Shown: positions 12,587 through 27,541, counted from the first letter of the stretch. The stretch: DNA of 64,000 bases from Octopus sinensis (GCF_006345805.1 NC_043001.1:12400001-12464000), one strand, 5' to 3'. The notes: generated by a model not told the origin, from the sequence alone. Made by a program: numbers and translations.

Positions 12587-14807
12587 CACAATGTAACAAT
12601 TTCCAAAAGAAAATTTGCTTATTGTATTTTTTTTATTGTTTATCAATCCAATTTTCTGCTGATTCCAAAAATGAAATTAATTTCTGTGTATCCTCAACAG
12701 TTAAAAAAATATATCGACTTTCAATGTTATTATATATTCGGTATTGTTATGATATTCCGCTACTAAATGTATGTCTAATTTTCTCTTTCAGACTAAATAC
12801 TAAGTTCTGCTACTTTCAGGATGGGTACTAGAGTATGTAAAAATTCTCCAGATACATTTTGCTATGTGAGTGGTTATTATATTGGAAAAAAGCAGGTATT
12901 ACATAAGATCGTGAAATGTGCCAAATTGTGGATAGCTTACAGACTCTATTTCGGAATGTCCATGAGTGAGCAGGACAACCATGGGCCCCACATGTGATAT
13001 GTGGAAGCTATCGATTTACTCTAGAAGGACGGTTACTCTAGAAGGTACAAGAGGGTCAATGCCTTTTGCCATTCCAAGGGTATGGAGAGAGCCAAAGAAT
13101 CATCACGATGACTGTCTCTTTTGTATGATCGATCTGACAAAATACAGAAAAGTGGAAGGAAGACAAGCTCTTCAGCATCCAAACATACCATCATCTAGAG
13201 CACCTGTCCCACATGATGACAGTTTATGAGTGCCACAACCATCAGAACATATTTCCTCTGAAGAATCAACAAGTAGCAACAGCCAAGAAATGGAAGAAGC
13301 TTTCGTACCAAGAACGACTTCGGAGCCTCACTTTCCAAAACAGAGTGAGCTAGATGATTTAATCAGGGATCGTGTCTTACTAAGTTAGCAGCCGAACGTC
13401 TTTCATCAAGGTTAAAGGAATAAAATCTACTGGGGGAAGACTGCAAGACATCTGTGTACCGGAAACGCAATGAAGAATTTGAAATTTACTATGAAAATAT
13501 TAATGATCTGTGTTATTGTAAAGAAGTGATTGGTTTGCTTATTGCTATTGGATGCAAGCATGATTCTGCTGGATGGCAACTGCTCATAGATAACTCAACA
13601 CGAAGTCTCAAAGCAGTGTTGCTCCACAATGGAAATAAATATCCTTCTTTGATTCTTGTACACTCCATACAGAAGAAAGAAAATTACGATAATGTCAAAG
13701 AACTTGTCGACAAAATATTATTACGCAGAGTTTAGGTGGGATGTTTGTGGTGATTTCAAGATGCTTGCCTTCCTGCTTGACTTGCAATGGGGATACACAA
13801 AGTATTCATGTTTCCTTTGCTTATGGAACAGCAGAGCTGATGATCATCATTACAAGAGAGTACATTGGCCCCCACGAGTGGAACTGCAGCCAGGAATGTT
13901 AAATGTTCTCAAACAGCCTCTAGTAGATTCCAACAAAATCGTATTGCCCCCACTTCATATCAAACTCGGATTGGAAAAACAGTTTTGAAGGCCTTAGAAT
14001 TTAGAGGAGAAGCTTTTCAAGAAAGTTGTCTTCTGTTTCCAAAGCTATCTGAGGCTATGATCAAGGGTGTCATATTTGTTGGGCAAAGTAAATGCAATGT
14101 TAAAGTCGAAGAAACTGGAAAGAGCGATGACAAAAGTTGAAAAAGAAGCTTGGTGTGCATTTCGTGATGTAGTTCGTGGATTCCTAGGAAATCACAAGGA
14201 TCCTAATTACAAACAGCTTGTAGCAAATCTTATTGAAAACTTCAAGAAAATGGGTTGTCGTATGTCCTTAAAGATTCATAGTTTGCACTCTCACCTAGAT
14301 TTTTTCCCCGAAAACTTGGGTGATGTCAGTGAAGAGCATGGTGAAAGATATCATCAGGACATCGCAACTATGGAAAGATACCAAGGATGATGGGATACTG
14401 CTATGATGGGAGATTATATATGGTCCCTAATCAGAAGAGATGCAGATATACACTCCAGAATATCTCGATCGTCAAAGCACTTCTCATCTTAAGGAAAGAG
14501 TAATCAAGGCATTTATAGTGCAGAGTTTTACTGTTTCTTTATGTTCTAACTAATATTATATACATTTCAATATATGAAAAAGTACTAAATGTTGTGTAAT
14601 TATCCTTACAATACTAGAATAAATTGAACCAACAAAGTGCTGTAGAGGACAGTTACAAATATAACGAGCAATTATGAAATTAGGAATAAATAAATAAATA
14701 ACTATCGATGTTACGTCAAATCGAATGTGATTTTTGAATTTAGTGACAAAAATTGCATATATGAACATTATAAAAATACAAATAAACAAAACATGTGTTA
14801 CATTGTG
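12587..14807 (+). mobile_element. Full-length Chapaev3 (CMC superfamily) DNA transposon
   Basis: 12-bp TIR CACAATGTAACA (12587-12598; reverse complement 14796-14807) with a 3-bp TSD TAA on both sides. Transposase motifs inside. Confidence 0.88.
12821..14492 (+). pseudogene. Disrupted Chapaev3 transposase
   Basis: MGTRVCKNSPDTFCY..., WREPKNHHDDCLFC, SLKAVLLHNGNKYPS, CGDFKML, YTKYSCFLCLW, LPPLHIKLG, MSLKIHSLHSHLDFFPENLGDVSEEHGERYHQDI. Multiple stops and frameshifts. Confidence 0.85.
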
Positions 14808-15099
14808 TAATCTATGCAAGAAAGTTCAGAAATGTAGAAATAACAGCTAAATAGTGTTTTTTTTTTTAGTAATGTCGCATAGAGAACTAGATAGACATAG
14901 CAACAACATGAATGACTCTGAGTCTAATCGACAAAGAAGAAAAGAGCTGGGTAAGCAAACTGTTTCTATTAATGGAACGCTAGACATTTTAGAAACTTCC
15001 AAGAGAAACGCGAAGCTTCTTGAATAATTAAGAATTACTTCTAAGGAAATATAATCTTCCGTGAAATTTACTAAAGGGAGATTACTCTATAACACTTCT

Positions 15100-16700
15100 T
15101 GCAAGATTATATCATTCAAGTATTTTAGCTGCAGACGACAAACTACTACACATCTGTCGAGTATGTCGTCTGCGTTAAACGGCAAAGCAACCGAAGATGG
15201 TAGGCTTCTGAACTGCGGATAATATATAATGCGAGTTGTGCTATCGAACTGAAAAACACTCGTGTGGCCTGGAGAATTACGCCAGCAGGCATAATGATAT
15301 GTTTGTTTAGATCTTTGAAACTCTTTATCGTCCACTTTTTATTCTTGTCCCCGTTATCATAGGGTCCTAACATATTATACACAGACTACTACTTCCTTAC
15401 TACTTACGGAGCTCAATTCCATTGTAAGTCACTTAAGATGCATTTATTTTATTGGTTTCTCAATTTCCTTGCTGGTGACATCTTCAAGAATAGATTATCA
15501 AAATGTTTGTCGGACTGGAGGATCTTACGTTCGTTTTGCTAATAATTACATCCTTAAAGACTATTTTGATACCATTGATAATCTGGAAAGGTTTTTCCTT
15601 GATTAGTGCAGCAAAGGTCACATTATCTAACAGAAATAGCTGGAAACACAATCGTATTTATAGATACACTCACTCAAAGTACTGGACAGTGAAAAGTGAT
15701 TTGTCATCATTTATCTCATTGCGTTGCTAAAATGTTCTGCACTTGATATCAACCGCTTCTTCATTATTCTATTTTTATGTTATCATCAGCTAGTAATCTC
15801 CTGCTCTTACAATGAGAAATTATATTTTCGTTTTCAGACTTCTTTTTCAGTTTGCTTTATATAATTCCTCAGAAATTGTGCAATCATTTGGTCATTCAGT
15901 GGATTGCAATCAGTAATTTCATAAGTATACTCAGGAAGTATGTTCTGACTTTCTCTCTCTTCTATTCTCGTTTAAGTTTGGATTTATTGCCTGCTAGAGG
16001 TAGAAATGCGTTTTATATTTTCTTTGTGATTCTTTTTAATCTACTCAGCTTCTATTGCTTAGAATCTACTTATTTTTGTCTAGTAAACACATTTATTAAA
16101 TTGTTCACTATTCTATATTGGTATCAGTTACTGCATTTTCCGTCGTCGAAGTTAATTTTATTCTTTTTGTCCAAGTCCTTCAGTATATCTATGTACCAAT
16201 TCATCAGTTTAAAGTTATCGATTACAGCAGGAACATATTCGTATCTGTCATTTCTAGCATTAAGATCGCATTTTCATATTTGTCTGCCTCTTCTCTAGAT
16301 CTCACACACAAATTTCTTGCACCTTTCTTTTGTAAGATATTTATTTCTTCTAGCTATAATTATTTGTATCACTTTGTCTCTTGTCACCCCGAGATTTCCA
16401 CCTCAGCTTAAACAAAACATTCTCAGTTTTAATCATATTATTAATTCGTGGTCTCATTTGAACACTACCCACTCCGATGCGCATTCTCAAATCTTGGTTA
16501 AATTGATGAACTTTCTTTAAATAGGTTCATTTATTGTGGTGTCGATTGTACTTAATCTGCAGAGCGAGTGATTTATATTTTGTCTGTAACAATTTGTATC
16601 GATTATGGTTAAGTTGAGATGATCTGTTAATGGGAGACATACTCGTATAGAAAAGTTGAGGAACAAGGGAATTCCTTATAGTATTTCATTTATCGTTCAT
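15100..16700 (-). mobile_element. Highly degraded CR1/L2-like LINE ORF2 relic
   Basis: Weak minus-strand motif echoes: KDVIISKTNVRSSSPTNI (cf. ...AIxxLKxxSAPGPDGI), ILEDVTSKEIEKPI (cf. LLKxCxxELAxPL), NADD (cf. FADD). Boundaries approximate. Confidence 0.3.
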
Positions 16701-17344
16701 CATTCTTATTAATCTCTCGCTTGCGTTGCATTAATGTGGTGTTTTGTTTCTCTATTCACAGAGCAAGATATTCTCTGCCAGTATTGCAGCCGATTCATTC
16801 ATATAATAAAATAAAATATATAACAAATAAATTCAATAAAAGATTCCAGGTGAAAATGAATGATTGCTATTTAAATAACTGAGATAAGGTAAGTTAATCC
16901 CTTGTATTTCTGTACAGTTTTTATTGATATAAGTGAATAAAATATAAGGAATAATTTTTTCATGTAAATTGAGTTCACGCATAAATGCTCTGAAGACTAA
17001 GCACAAGCTTCAACTGTTTGGCAGTTTTAAAGGAAGTCGCAGCATATATCCGCGAACCGCTTCACCTCTAATTTAAATCTCCTAGCCCTTTATAGAAGCT
17101 AGATTAGATAAAATGTGTTGAATATGTTTAAATCTTCTATGCAAAAGCATTAAACACCCAGGACAAGTCTCGAAATTCTTGGCATGCATCGGAATGCAAT
17201 AGAGGACAATATACAAGACTTCTCTGTTAATTTCTACTCCGAAGAATTGTTTGTTCCTTCTCGAGCCATCCCTGGCTCATAGGGTCGGCTTCCCGGTTTC
17301 CTTGGCGTATATGTCCCCACCTGGACATACGCCGGTCCATATAC

Positions 17345-17470
17345 GCGCACACATGGCTGTGGTGCATGTGCCTGGTGTACCCTTATCAGACGGGTAATCA
17401 TGATGTTTATACTGGGCTTCGTATATTTTACCCTAGTGTCACTTTGATTGTATGCACTGCTCTCTCATTC
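17345..17470 (+). mobile_element. 3' fragment of family D element followed by (AAT)n
   Basis: Matches the last ~125 bp of 38317-38873. Confidence 0.8.
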
Positions 17471-17528
17471 AATAATAATAATAATAATAACAATAACAAT
17501 AATAATAGTAACAATAATAATAATAATG

Positions 17529-17575
<47 letters not shown>

Positions 17576-17580
<5 letters not shown>

Positions 17581-17786
17581 TATTCAGACAAATACATATC
17601 AAAAACACCAGGACTTACAAACACATAACATACAGAAAATTGCACTACCAGGCACTGCACACATCCTACGCAGAACACTTTCCATACAATAACCGTCAGA
17701 GCATCACAACAAATCACAGCACATACCTCAGGCACACAGAGCTGCGCTCGGTAGTGAAGTGAAAGCATGCTATAAAAATAAAACTA

Positions 17787-17790
<4 letters not shown>
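17576..17790 (+). mobile_element. ~215-bp 3' end of the R4/Dong LINE inside (AAT)n
   Basis: Near-identical to 36621-36837. Confidence 0.9.
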
Positions 17791-17848
<58 letters not shown>

Positions 17849-19069
17849 TGTCCTGCAGAAAGTTAGAAATTGTATTTAATATTATAATCTGTGTAAGGTA
17901 GCTAAGTAGTTCTGTAGTACTTAGCTTCTTTAAAATTATATGAAGATGTATCGTTTTTTATCTACCTCGCCGCTCTGGAATATTTGTTAGGTGTATCAAA
18001 GAAATAGTACTCTGCGGCATTTATCCCGGGTCTTTTCTTTCCTATTTGGAATCCCGTCCATCTCAACTTCGCTTTTCAACCTTTCGGTGCGATAAGAGTT
18101 GAATATTGTGAATCGATAGCATCAGCTTACCTTCTCTCGAAATTGCAAAAAGCACATCCCTTTTGTAAAATACTAATCTAACTTGATATAAATTGGACTC
18201 TTAATGATCTGGGAGCTGCTCATTAATATATATTGGAATGAAATAGTGGGAGCGCAGACCACTACAACATCCGTAAATTCTAGAATATTCTAGCAGCAAT
18301 TAAGCATTGAAAATTACAGAACAAGAAGAAAAGAATTTATAATATTCTTGCTGAAGTTAGAATTTAAACATTAGATAGTATTAAATGTCCTTTTATTTTT
18401 ATATTTTAGTTATTTAAAAGTTTAACTTAATATTCTCAAAAAGCTATTTATTTTCAATCTTAGTGGAAACACTGAATGTCTGTAAGTTTACACATTAAAA
18501 TTTGATTTTACAAATATATAGTGATATATGTGATATCTAAAATATCACATAAGAGCAAAGTACGCAAACTTGACAATGATAACAACTAAGATTAATTTTT
18601 TTAATCAAGAGAATCATTTTTACATTTTGCACTCAATTTGTTCATTAGGTTACATTTTCTTAAAAATGATTTTGTAACTGTAAATAGAAAATACTTTATC
18701 TCATAATGCATTTTTTTATTTTCATTAAAAAGATTCTTTTTACTGGTTTTCTTTTGCTCTTTGGAATTACATATATTCTACACTTGTGTAATTCTATAAG
18801 GCAAAATCTGTGAATTAAAACTTTTTGATAATGAGTTTTCTTAAAAATATAAAATTAAAAAAAAATAATATGATACTAAAAGTAGGAAAGAAATGTTTTA
18901 GTTTAGTCCAAAGAAATGTCATACATCAAACATACTGACTTAAAAATTGCAATAAAAAACAACAGAATATAAAAAAAATGAAAGAATGGACACACGAATT
19001 AACAATTTCAGAAATTTTATTTACTAAATTGTAACTTCAGCAGCAATATTTTAATACTTTCTTTGTTCT

Positions 19070-19285
19070 AAGGCGGTGAGCCGGCAGAACATTTAGCACG
19101 CCGGGCGAAATGCGTAGCATTATTTCGTCTACCGCTACGTTCTGAGTTCAAATTCCGCCGAGGACCGCTTTGCATTTCATCCTTTCGGGGTCGATAAATT
19201 TAGAACCAGTTACGTACTGGAGTCGATTTAATCAACTGGGCCCCTGTCCAAAATTTTCGGGCCTTCTCCCTACAGCAACAAATAA
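19070..19285 (+). mobile_element. SINE family B monomer (a more decayed one lies at ~19612-19745)
   Basis: Head and central domain match family B. Confidence 0.8.
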
Positions 19286-21672
19286 TATTCTAGGATTCTG
19301 CGTACGCGATTATAATTAGAGAACACTTTTTTCTTACAGGCAACGCTTCTGTTTTTATAATTATATTTATCTTTATAATTGAAAATAATGATATTATTGT
19401 AAATATTGTGTAAATAAAGATTTTGTTCAAACATTGAAATCTTGTTTGCACCGAAAGCAAAGCATTAATGGCAGCATCCTTATTACAAATACATATATTT
19501 TTTAAAATTATTTTAATTGCAGAATAATCTTATATTCTAATTGAATAATTAAATTTTTTTTAATAATGAGAGTTTTTTTTTTATCTTAATACGAATTTTT
19601 TTTTTATCATTAAGGCGGCGAACTGGCAGAATGGTTAGCAAGCCTGTTGAAAAGCATACCGTCTTTTCACCATTCTTTACACTTGTGTTCGATAAGAGAG
19701 CTACCAGATCAGTACAGGGATGGATGTGATTGATTTAATCCTTCCTCCGACACTATACCGTAATGTGAAACCAATATATTACATAAACAGAATAGTAAAA
19801 ATGAATATGAAATTACAAAATACCATTTTACTATTTTTATGATTAATATTTTTAGACAGTGTTTTTTCTAAAATATTCGACTCGATGAACTCCTTCATTC
19901 TAGTTGAAATAATATTATATGTCCCGTAAAGAAAATTGAATCTGGTTTCTTAAAATTAACATCTTCATCACTTAAAGGGACACAATATTTTGTCGCTCAT
20001 ATTTTCGATGAGGTTTCCACCATACAATTCTTCTGATAGATCTCTTTCATCTTAAGTAAGTCTCGAACGCAGAAGAGTAGCCGTGAAAAGAGCTTAGAAG
20101 ATTGGCTAAATACCTTTACAAAAATAGAAAGAAAGTAGAAGTGGCCAACATGCCGCAACAAAGTATTGACACCGGTCGTCTCGACCTCCAGTTAAGCGCT
20201 TTGTACCAGCACAATATATCATCTGTAAGGTTGATTGTCTTCAAATGACAAAAGCATTTTGCTTTGTTAAATTAATAAATGTTTTCGTCATTTAAAGCAG
20301 CACCACATTTTGTAGCGAACAAATTTTTTTCATCTTATGATTCATTCCATACTGTTCTTCTATAGTTTACTTCTACGATAACTGAGCGGTTCTGATGGCT
20401 ACTTACAATTTTGTCGTCAATTAAAGAAGCTACACACTACTTTTTTCGCAGCTAATAATATTTAACGAGTTTTTCGCCAAAAGATACTTCTCCATGAGCA
20501 CATCCTTTTAAATCCAATTAATTTGTAATTTTCTTTAAAAAATAACTGAATTATTTTGATTCAGAGTCAATTTTTCACCTTACTTTTGTGATTTCACAAA
20601 TGTTGACGCAACTTTTTCTTATAATGAACTCAATTTCAAAACTTTTATCTCGAAACTTGGCTTATGACCGGAAGGTCTTGGCTAAAAAAAAACTGTATTC
20701 ACTTTCGTTGCATACTGAATTAGTGACGAAGCTTATATTTGAAAACGTGTAACTAAAAGTCGACATCAAGGATATAATTAACCCACTGCCATGGGTGAAT
20801 GATACGAGAAAATATTTTTTGCTTCAACTGAAGCTAAGATTTTAACAATTTGTTAATTGATCGATCTTAACACACCAAAGAATTTATATGTGTATATATC
20901 TACAATTATAATTTACTTCATCTCCTTCTTGCTCCTTTTCTTCTTCATTATCCTTTCTCTATTTGACTATTGCTGTATTTCAATGTATCTTGTCTACAAA
21001 TACATAAGTTGTAGAACGAATTCTGCATAATTTCATCAGAAAACTATATACTGTAACAGCTTCTATATGTACTGGTATACTGAAGAACAGTATACATAAA
21101 TGCGGTGGAGATTAATTTTACTAGCTAACAATTCTATTTTAAAACTTAATCTTAATAAACGTGGTTATTGTCTTCAAAAATAATACATTATCAGTTAATA
21201 CATTTATTCAAATATTCATGAGTGTAAAATTTAAAACATTGGATTTATGTTTAACTTTATGTGTATAATTATGCATCTGTATACTGATACCTCTATTTTA
21301 CGAACAAACATTTTGTTATTTTTGTGTATATCTGCGGGGAATTTTTAAATTACAAAAAATTACATTTAGAGGAGAGGTTTTTCTTTTCTCATATGATACA
21401 TATTGAATGTTATCGCATGTAATGTTTCTACGTGCATAATGGATTCATTTGATTTTTGTTCATAAATTTTCTTTATCATAATTTCATATCATATCAGGAG
21501 CGTAGTTCAGAATGAAAATATATTATTATGAAAGTACAGTATCCGCTAATAGAATGTAGCTACAGGGTGCCTCATCTTTCAATAGCATTTGATTGTGAAA
21601 TATTTTCAAACGCTGTTTTACTATATGATTAAAATCAGAGTTCCTGTTTTATTTATCTCTCCCAGCGATTGT

Positions 21673-21719
<47 letters not shown>

Positions 21720-22721
21720 ATATATATTCAATATTTTATTTGATTTTCATAACAAAACAGTTATATCGAGATATGTCAAATATCAGTGATAAAGATGCGA
21801 ACAATTGTACTTAAAATCAGTCACATTCCCACAGGTTGCTGTTTTGTATATAATAACGTCATACCATGTGTAAGAATGATTTTTTCTTTATTTCAGTACA
21901 TTCTACCTAGATAATTTATAGTCCTAACATTAGTAATTGTGTTATTTAAATAGAAACTATATTTAACAAAATATTACACACATAATGTATTCCCATCGCC
22001 TACACATTCCCTGGGCCAGGCGATGCGTTGTGTTCTTCAAGAAAACACTATATTTAACGTTGCTCAAGTCCAGCTACCAAATATGTGTAATCCCTTGACG
22101 AACGGCACCCCGTCCAGTCGGTGGAGGTATATACGCTACAGAATCCGGTAAACTGGCCTCATGAGCCTCTGGAACGAGATGAAGCTTTGCTCAATTTTTT
22201 AAATATATTTATTTCAAGTAATTCATTTTCATATTAATATAGACGATGAAATTGCCTCTGAAAAAAAAGATAGTTAAAAAATCCATCTGTTGTGCCCTTA
22301 ACATAATACTGTACACTAAAGCCTGCGTGATCCCAAAAGGGTTTGAATGTATTTATATTCGAGCCTTACAGGATTTAAAAACATAGAGAAGCATATAACA
22401 AATAACGTATTTTGTTTCTCTTTTGGAACAGAAAATATTTTAGCCTTCAACATCTGCTAATACACTAAAAATCTCAAAACGGTGCCGCAATTAATTGGTT
22501 ATGTCACAACAGAGAGAGTACTGCAGCTGTGCAGTGAAACGTGCTGGAACGCATTCTAATGTCACACTTGTTCCGTTCTTCGACCTACATGCATGCATGT
22601 GCCGCCAATTGCTTGCTCCTACTCAAGTTTAGCTGGTCAATGAAGATATATTTCGTTGGCTGCGTGAATACCTGAAGCAAACAAGTGAACACTTAAACTG
22701 AAATATCTATTAAAAAATAAA

Positions 22722-22970
22722 TGCGCCCTTTTAAAGCCTAGCCAGGCTCAGGGTCCCGGGTTCCCGGTTTCTATGGCGTATGTGTTGCGCAGCTGGACAG
22801 GACCCCCGTCCATCGCAACGTTACTCCTTTTTGTGAGCTTAGAGGACTGGAGCAACGTGAAATGAATTGTTTTGCTGAAGAACACAACGCATCACCCGGT
22901 CCAAGAATCGAAACCACGATATTGCGATCATGATGCCAACACCCTAAACACTAAGCTACGCGCCTCCACG
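22722..22970 (-). mobile_element. tRNA-derived CORE-like SINE (further family; decayed relatives ~21990-22190 and ~46020-46200)
   Basis: Minus strand GTGGAGGCGCGTAGCTTAGTG...GGTTTCGATTCTTGG...GTGTTCTTCAGCAAAACAAT, tail ...CTGGCTAGGCTTTAAAAGGGCGCATTT. Confidence 0.7.
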
Positions 22971-23629
22971 AAATATCTATTGGCGGACATAAATTTATTT
23001 GTTGTTGGCTATTTGGAATCAACAATATAGTGTCCACTGAGACAAGAGAAATATCGCGCCGAGTCCGTAAAGGTTACTTAAGAGACATGAAGAAAATTTT
23101 CAAATTGGGTCTGTCCGACAGCCTAGTGTCAGCGTTAATGTCCAGCATCGCTGCATTGCGAAGGCGGGAGAATGTATGACGCAAGTCAGTAAATCGTAAG
23201 GAGCAAATCATCGAATTTAAAGAGTGTATCTCTCATTTGGTTATGAATTAGAGACCGGAGAATAATTTAAAACTATCTTTATACGTGAATTGACAGATTT
23301 CCTGTTTGAATGATTCATGAACAAGTCAGACAATTTTGTCAGTACAGTTATTTCCTTTTCACAGCCCTATTCGTATATATAAACCTGCTATGCTTGATCC
23401 GCTCAGCCTTTCGCTAATGTCTTCCTGTACCCAATCATTTTCCCTTAAAAAAACTGGAATTGTTAATGTAGGTTATCGAAAGAGGAACAATGAATTTACT
23501 AAATTATATTTATTTTATTAATATAAAGGGAATATTTTTATACTTATGTAACGGTATCAAATAAATGACCGAAGTGATATGTAGTCTTCATTTGTCTCTC
23601 ACCCACTGCGAAAAGCGCATTTTATCCTA

Positions 23630-23992
23630 TTCTTTTACTTGTTTCAGTCATTTGACTGCGGCCATGCTGGAGCACCGCCTTAATCGAGCAAATTGACCCC
23701 AAAGCTTATTCTTTGTAAGCGTAGTACTAATTCTAGGTTATGGGGACGTAAACACACCAGTATCGGTTGTCAAGTGATGTTGGGGGGACAAACATAGACA
23801 CACAAATATATACACACATATACATATATATACACATACGACGGGTTTCTTCTAGTTTCCGTCTACCAAATCCACTCACAAGGATTTGGTTCTGCCCGAG
23901 GCTATAGAAAAAAACACTTACCCAAGGTGCCGCGCAGTGGAACTGAACCCAGGACCATGTGGTTGGTAAGCAAGCTACTTACCACACAGTCA
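23630..23992 (-). mobile_element. SINE family A copy
   Basis: Family match. Confidence 0.85.
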
Positions 23993-24097
23993 TATGACAA
24001 TAATTAAGGAACAATAATTAATAATGTTAACTGATATTTTCTGAGTGTTTAATTAAAAGCTTATTTCATCCCAGCATTTCAAGACGAATAGTAATCT

Positions 24098-24296
24098 CTT
24101 TACTCTTTTACTTGTTTCACTCATTTGACTGCGGCCATGCTGGAGCACCGCCTTTAGTCGAGCAACTCGACCCCGGGACTTATTCGTTTGTAAGCCCAGT
24201 ACTTATTCTATCGGTCTCTTTTGCCGAACCGCTAAGTTACGGGGACGTAAACACACCAGCATCGGTTGTCAAGCAATGCTAGGGGGACAAACACAC

Positions 24297-24331
<35 letters not shown>

Positions 24332-24505
24332 CACACATATATACGACAGGCTTCTTTCAGTTTCCGTCTACCAAATCCACTCACAAGGCATTGGTCGGCC
24401 CGGGGATATAGCAGAAGACACTTGCCCAAGATGCCACGCAGTGGGATTGAACCCGGAACCATGTGGTTGGTAAGCAAGCTACTTACCACACAGCCACTCC
24501 TGCAC
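24098..24505 (-). mobile_element. SINE family A copy
   Basis: Family match. Confidence 0.9.
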
Positions 24506-24904
24506 TATATTCAAACACTAATGTTTCGTTCTCCGATTATTTCTTTATTTTTATTTTTATCATACATAACGCATAATGAGCTTAGCTTATATGTCTTTGT
24601 TCATTCGTCATTGTTGATGCTGTCTTCTGTTGAGGCGGGATCCAAATAGTCAACAAACACGTGCCTAATGATTTAATAATAATCCCAATACCTTTTCAAG
24701 AAACGTTACTCTCCAGTTTATATAATCGTGCGCAAACATGCACACATTCATACATATGTGTGTGTGTTTACACGCATATATACAATATATATATATGTAC
24801 ATAAATTCACACACACATATGATACACATATGCATACATCCAAACAAAATATATGATACATATATATATATAGATATATATTTAAATATATATATATACA
24901 TATC

Positions 24905-24953
<49 letters not shown>

Positions 24954-25086
24954 TATCTATTATATATATATACATATATATATATATACATATCTATTAT
25001 ATATACATATATACATATATAAATATATACATACATATATATATACATATATATTATATATTCATACATATACATATAAATAAATA

Positions 25087-25117
<31 letters not shown>

Positions 25118-25256
25118 CATATATGTATGCATACACATACATACTTCATATATATATATATATACATATATGTTTGCATACACATACATACTTCATATAT
25201 ATCTATATTATATATGCGTGTGTGTTTGTTTGTGTGCGTGTGTGTGTCTGTGTGTC

Positions 25257-25294
<38 letters not shown>

Positions 25295-25589
25295 TGTGTG
25301 TGTATGCATTGAAGCACACAACAATTCTGTCAATAATACTTTATAATTCTATTAACTTGAGTATATTAGCCCTCTTTCGGAAACTTGGGAACATTTTAAT
25401 ATGTAAATGTACCTGTCACTAAATCCAAAATCTAATGGCATTTCATGGTATGGAATACATTATCATCCTGAGACAATGCATTAAACGACAGCGTTCGCTA
25501 TAGAAATCAAATGCATAGCATCACATGATACATGAATATCTATGAAATAAATACGATACTATCCGAATACTGCACAATCAATGTAGTGA

Positions 25590-25895
25590 TATCACGGTGA
25601 TCACCGTGACCGACCAGGCTATCAGATGTTGCTACACATCGCTGGTCACAATGCGCTTAGCCTTGTTTAGGCCTTCAAATGACGCCACCCCGCTGGCTAA
25701 GCGAGCAGCTCAACAGAAGGAAGAGGGAGAGAAAGTTGTGGTGAAAGAGTACAGCAGGGATCGCCAACCACCCCCTGTGGAGCTCTTTAGGTGTTTTCGC
25801 TCAATAAACACTCACAACGCCCGGTCTGGGAATCGAAACCACGATCCTACGACCGCGACGCCGCTTCCCTAACCACAAGGTCATTGCACCTCCAT
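25590..25895 (-). mobile_element. SINE family C head with an alternative tail
   Basis: 25720-25895 matches 5430-5607. The 25590-25710 tail is different. Confidence 0.7.
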
Positions 25896-26977
25896 CAACG
25901 TAGCAATATATAAGTTAGAAGAGCATGAAGTGTTTGCGTATGCTATATAGAGCCGATGTAAAATTTGTGGCCGAAAATGTTAGAAACTACAGCTTGTTTG
26001 GTAATTTTGGAAAAACATTCCGTTTGAAGTGTACTATTGGGACCGTATCTTTGTTATGCAATCTACAAAAGTCTGTAAGTGTTATGTGGTAGAATTAAAC
26101 CGAGTGGATTGAGAAAGTGTCTATCGATATTAATGTAGTAGGCAAATTTCTCCATCTAAATGTGCACGATGGCACCAGTAAAAGACTTCAAAATAAATTA
26201 TTTGTACGAACAATAAAACCACAATTATTTAGTTCTTTATCTTGAAATCTCTTCTTTATCTTGAAATCTCATAAACGAAATTATAAAAACATATCGAAAA
26301 CATTTCTTAGGAAAGTTAACTTGCATAAATAAAATCGATTAACATTTCTCAGGAGAAAGATGTTTTACCAGAAAAAAAGAAAAGCAAAGCAGTGCAAACA
26401 GCTGATCACGTACAAAGACTTTAGTTCTTTATAGACTATAATTAATATAGATTATCAGTAGATGTGTAAAGCTCTGAGCTCATGTTAAGCTAGTCTCGTT
26501 GAGAAGATAGTATTGGCACGTTCTAAATTAAAAGTTCAATCCGTGTCATATTTGGTTTTGTCTTGAGAACAATCAGTTGATGATAATATCTAACGTAGCT
26601 CATCATCGGTCTATAATTACATCGAAAAACAAATGTTTATTGCCGGCGTACTGCAATAGATGAGAATTTTAATCAGATATCAGGTCACGTGCTTTGGACA
26701 AAGTTGAATACTTGGCGTTTTATAATTTGCATATTGTTATTGTTATGCAGGTGGTGTGATATTTGTCGAGGTGTTATCATAGACCAGATGGAGTAAAAAG
26801 AAAATGTTACGTTTATATAAAACTAATCAATTATATAAGCGATAATGAAGGAAATATAAGTAAGATACGAACATACAACACTACCGAGACAAAGACCTCT
26901 AACAGAAGCTTAACAGCAATTATTATCTATTATTGTATTCAATCCCTCAATAAAGCTGTATTAAATACACCAAAAAA

Positions 26978-27016
<39 letters not shown>

Positions 27017-27273
27017 ACCAATCTAGCACTTCCTGTTATCTCATACTCCCTCATACTCACCCACTTACCCACTTGCTCACTGACTCGCTTTCTCTAGCTC
27101 TCTCTTCCCCCCTCTCTCTTTCTCTTCCTCTCTCTGTCTCAAATAAGAAGAGTATGCTCATGGTGGTGATGATAATGGTAATGAAGAAGAACTCGGCCCC
27201 TATTTGGAGTCTGGTGGGTTGAGCCCTGTCCAAATCACGGTGTATAATAGGTGATGTAGCAACTGCGACAATC

Positions 27274-27346
<73 letters not shown>

Positions 27347-27348
<2 letters not shown>

Positions 27349-27541
27349 CCGCGTGTGAACCGTTGGCGATTTTTTTCCTCCGTCTTCCCTTCCTTGGATC
27401 TTTCCATTTCCTGTTTCTGACGAAGAGCTCCACTCGGAACGTTAAATTCTCCTTCTTTCCGTCTTTCCTGAGCGTCCAATAACACTATACTTGTTCCACG
27501 TCCTCACGCTGTTGTGTTTTCTCTTTGTGTTTTCATGTTTT
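27347..27541 (+). mobile_element. ~200-bp TA/CA-flanked element with a minimal hammerhead (family H1)
   Basis: Homologous to 51231-51431. Contains TTT-CTGACGA-A-GAGC-TCC-ACTC-GGAA-CGTT-AAA at 27413-27447 (decayed core). Confidence 0.7.

Noticed and set aside
20430-20700. Possible DNA transposon end
   Set aside because: No matching TIR partner or coding trace was found.
21775-21815. GAACAATTGTAC resembling the H6 stem III
   Set aside because: The core and stems are too degenerate to call.
22990-23178. Short open frame ...KGYLRDMKKIFKLGLSDSLVSALMSSIAALRRRENV*
   Set aside because: No clear acceptor or start and no homology; within chance expectation.
26746-26795. Possible mini terminal exon (R)WCDICRGVIIDQME*
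   Set aside because: Too short, and supported only by one acceptor-like site.
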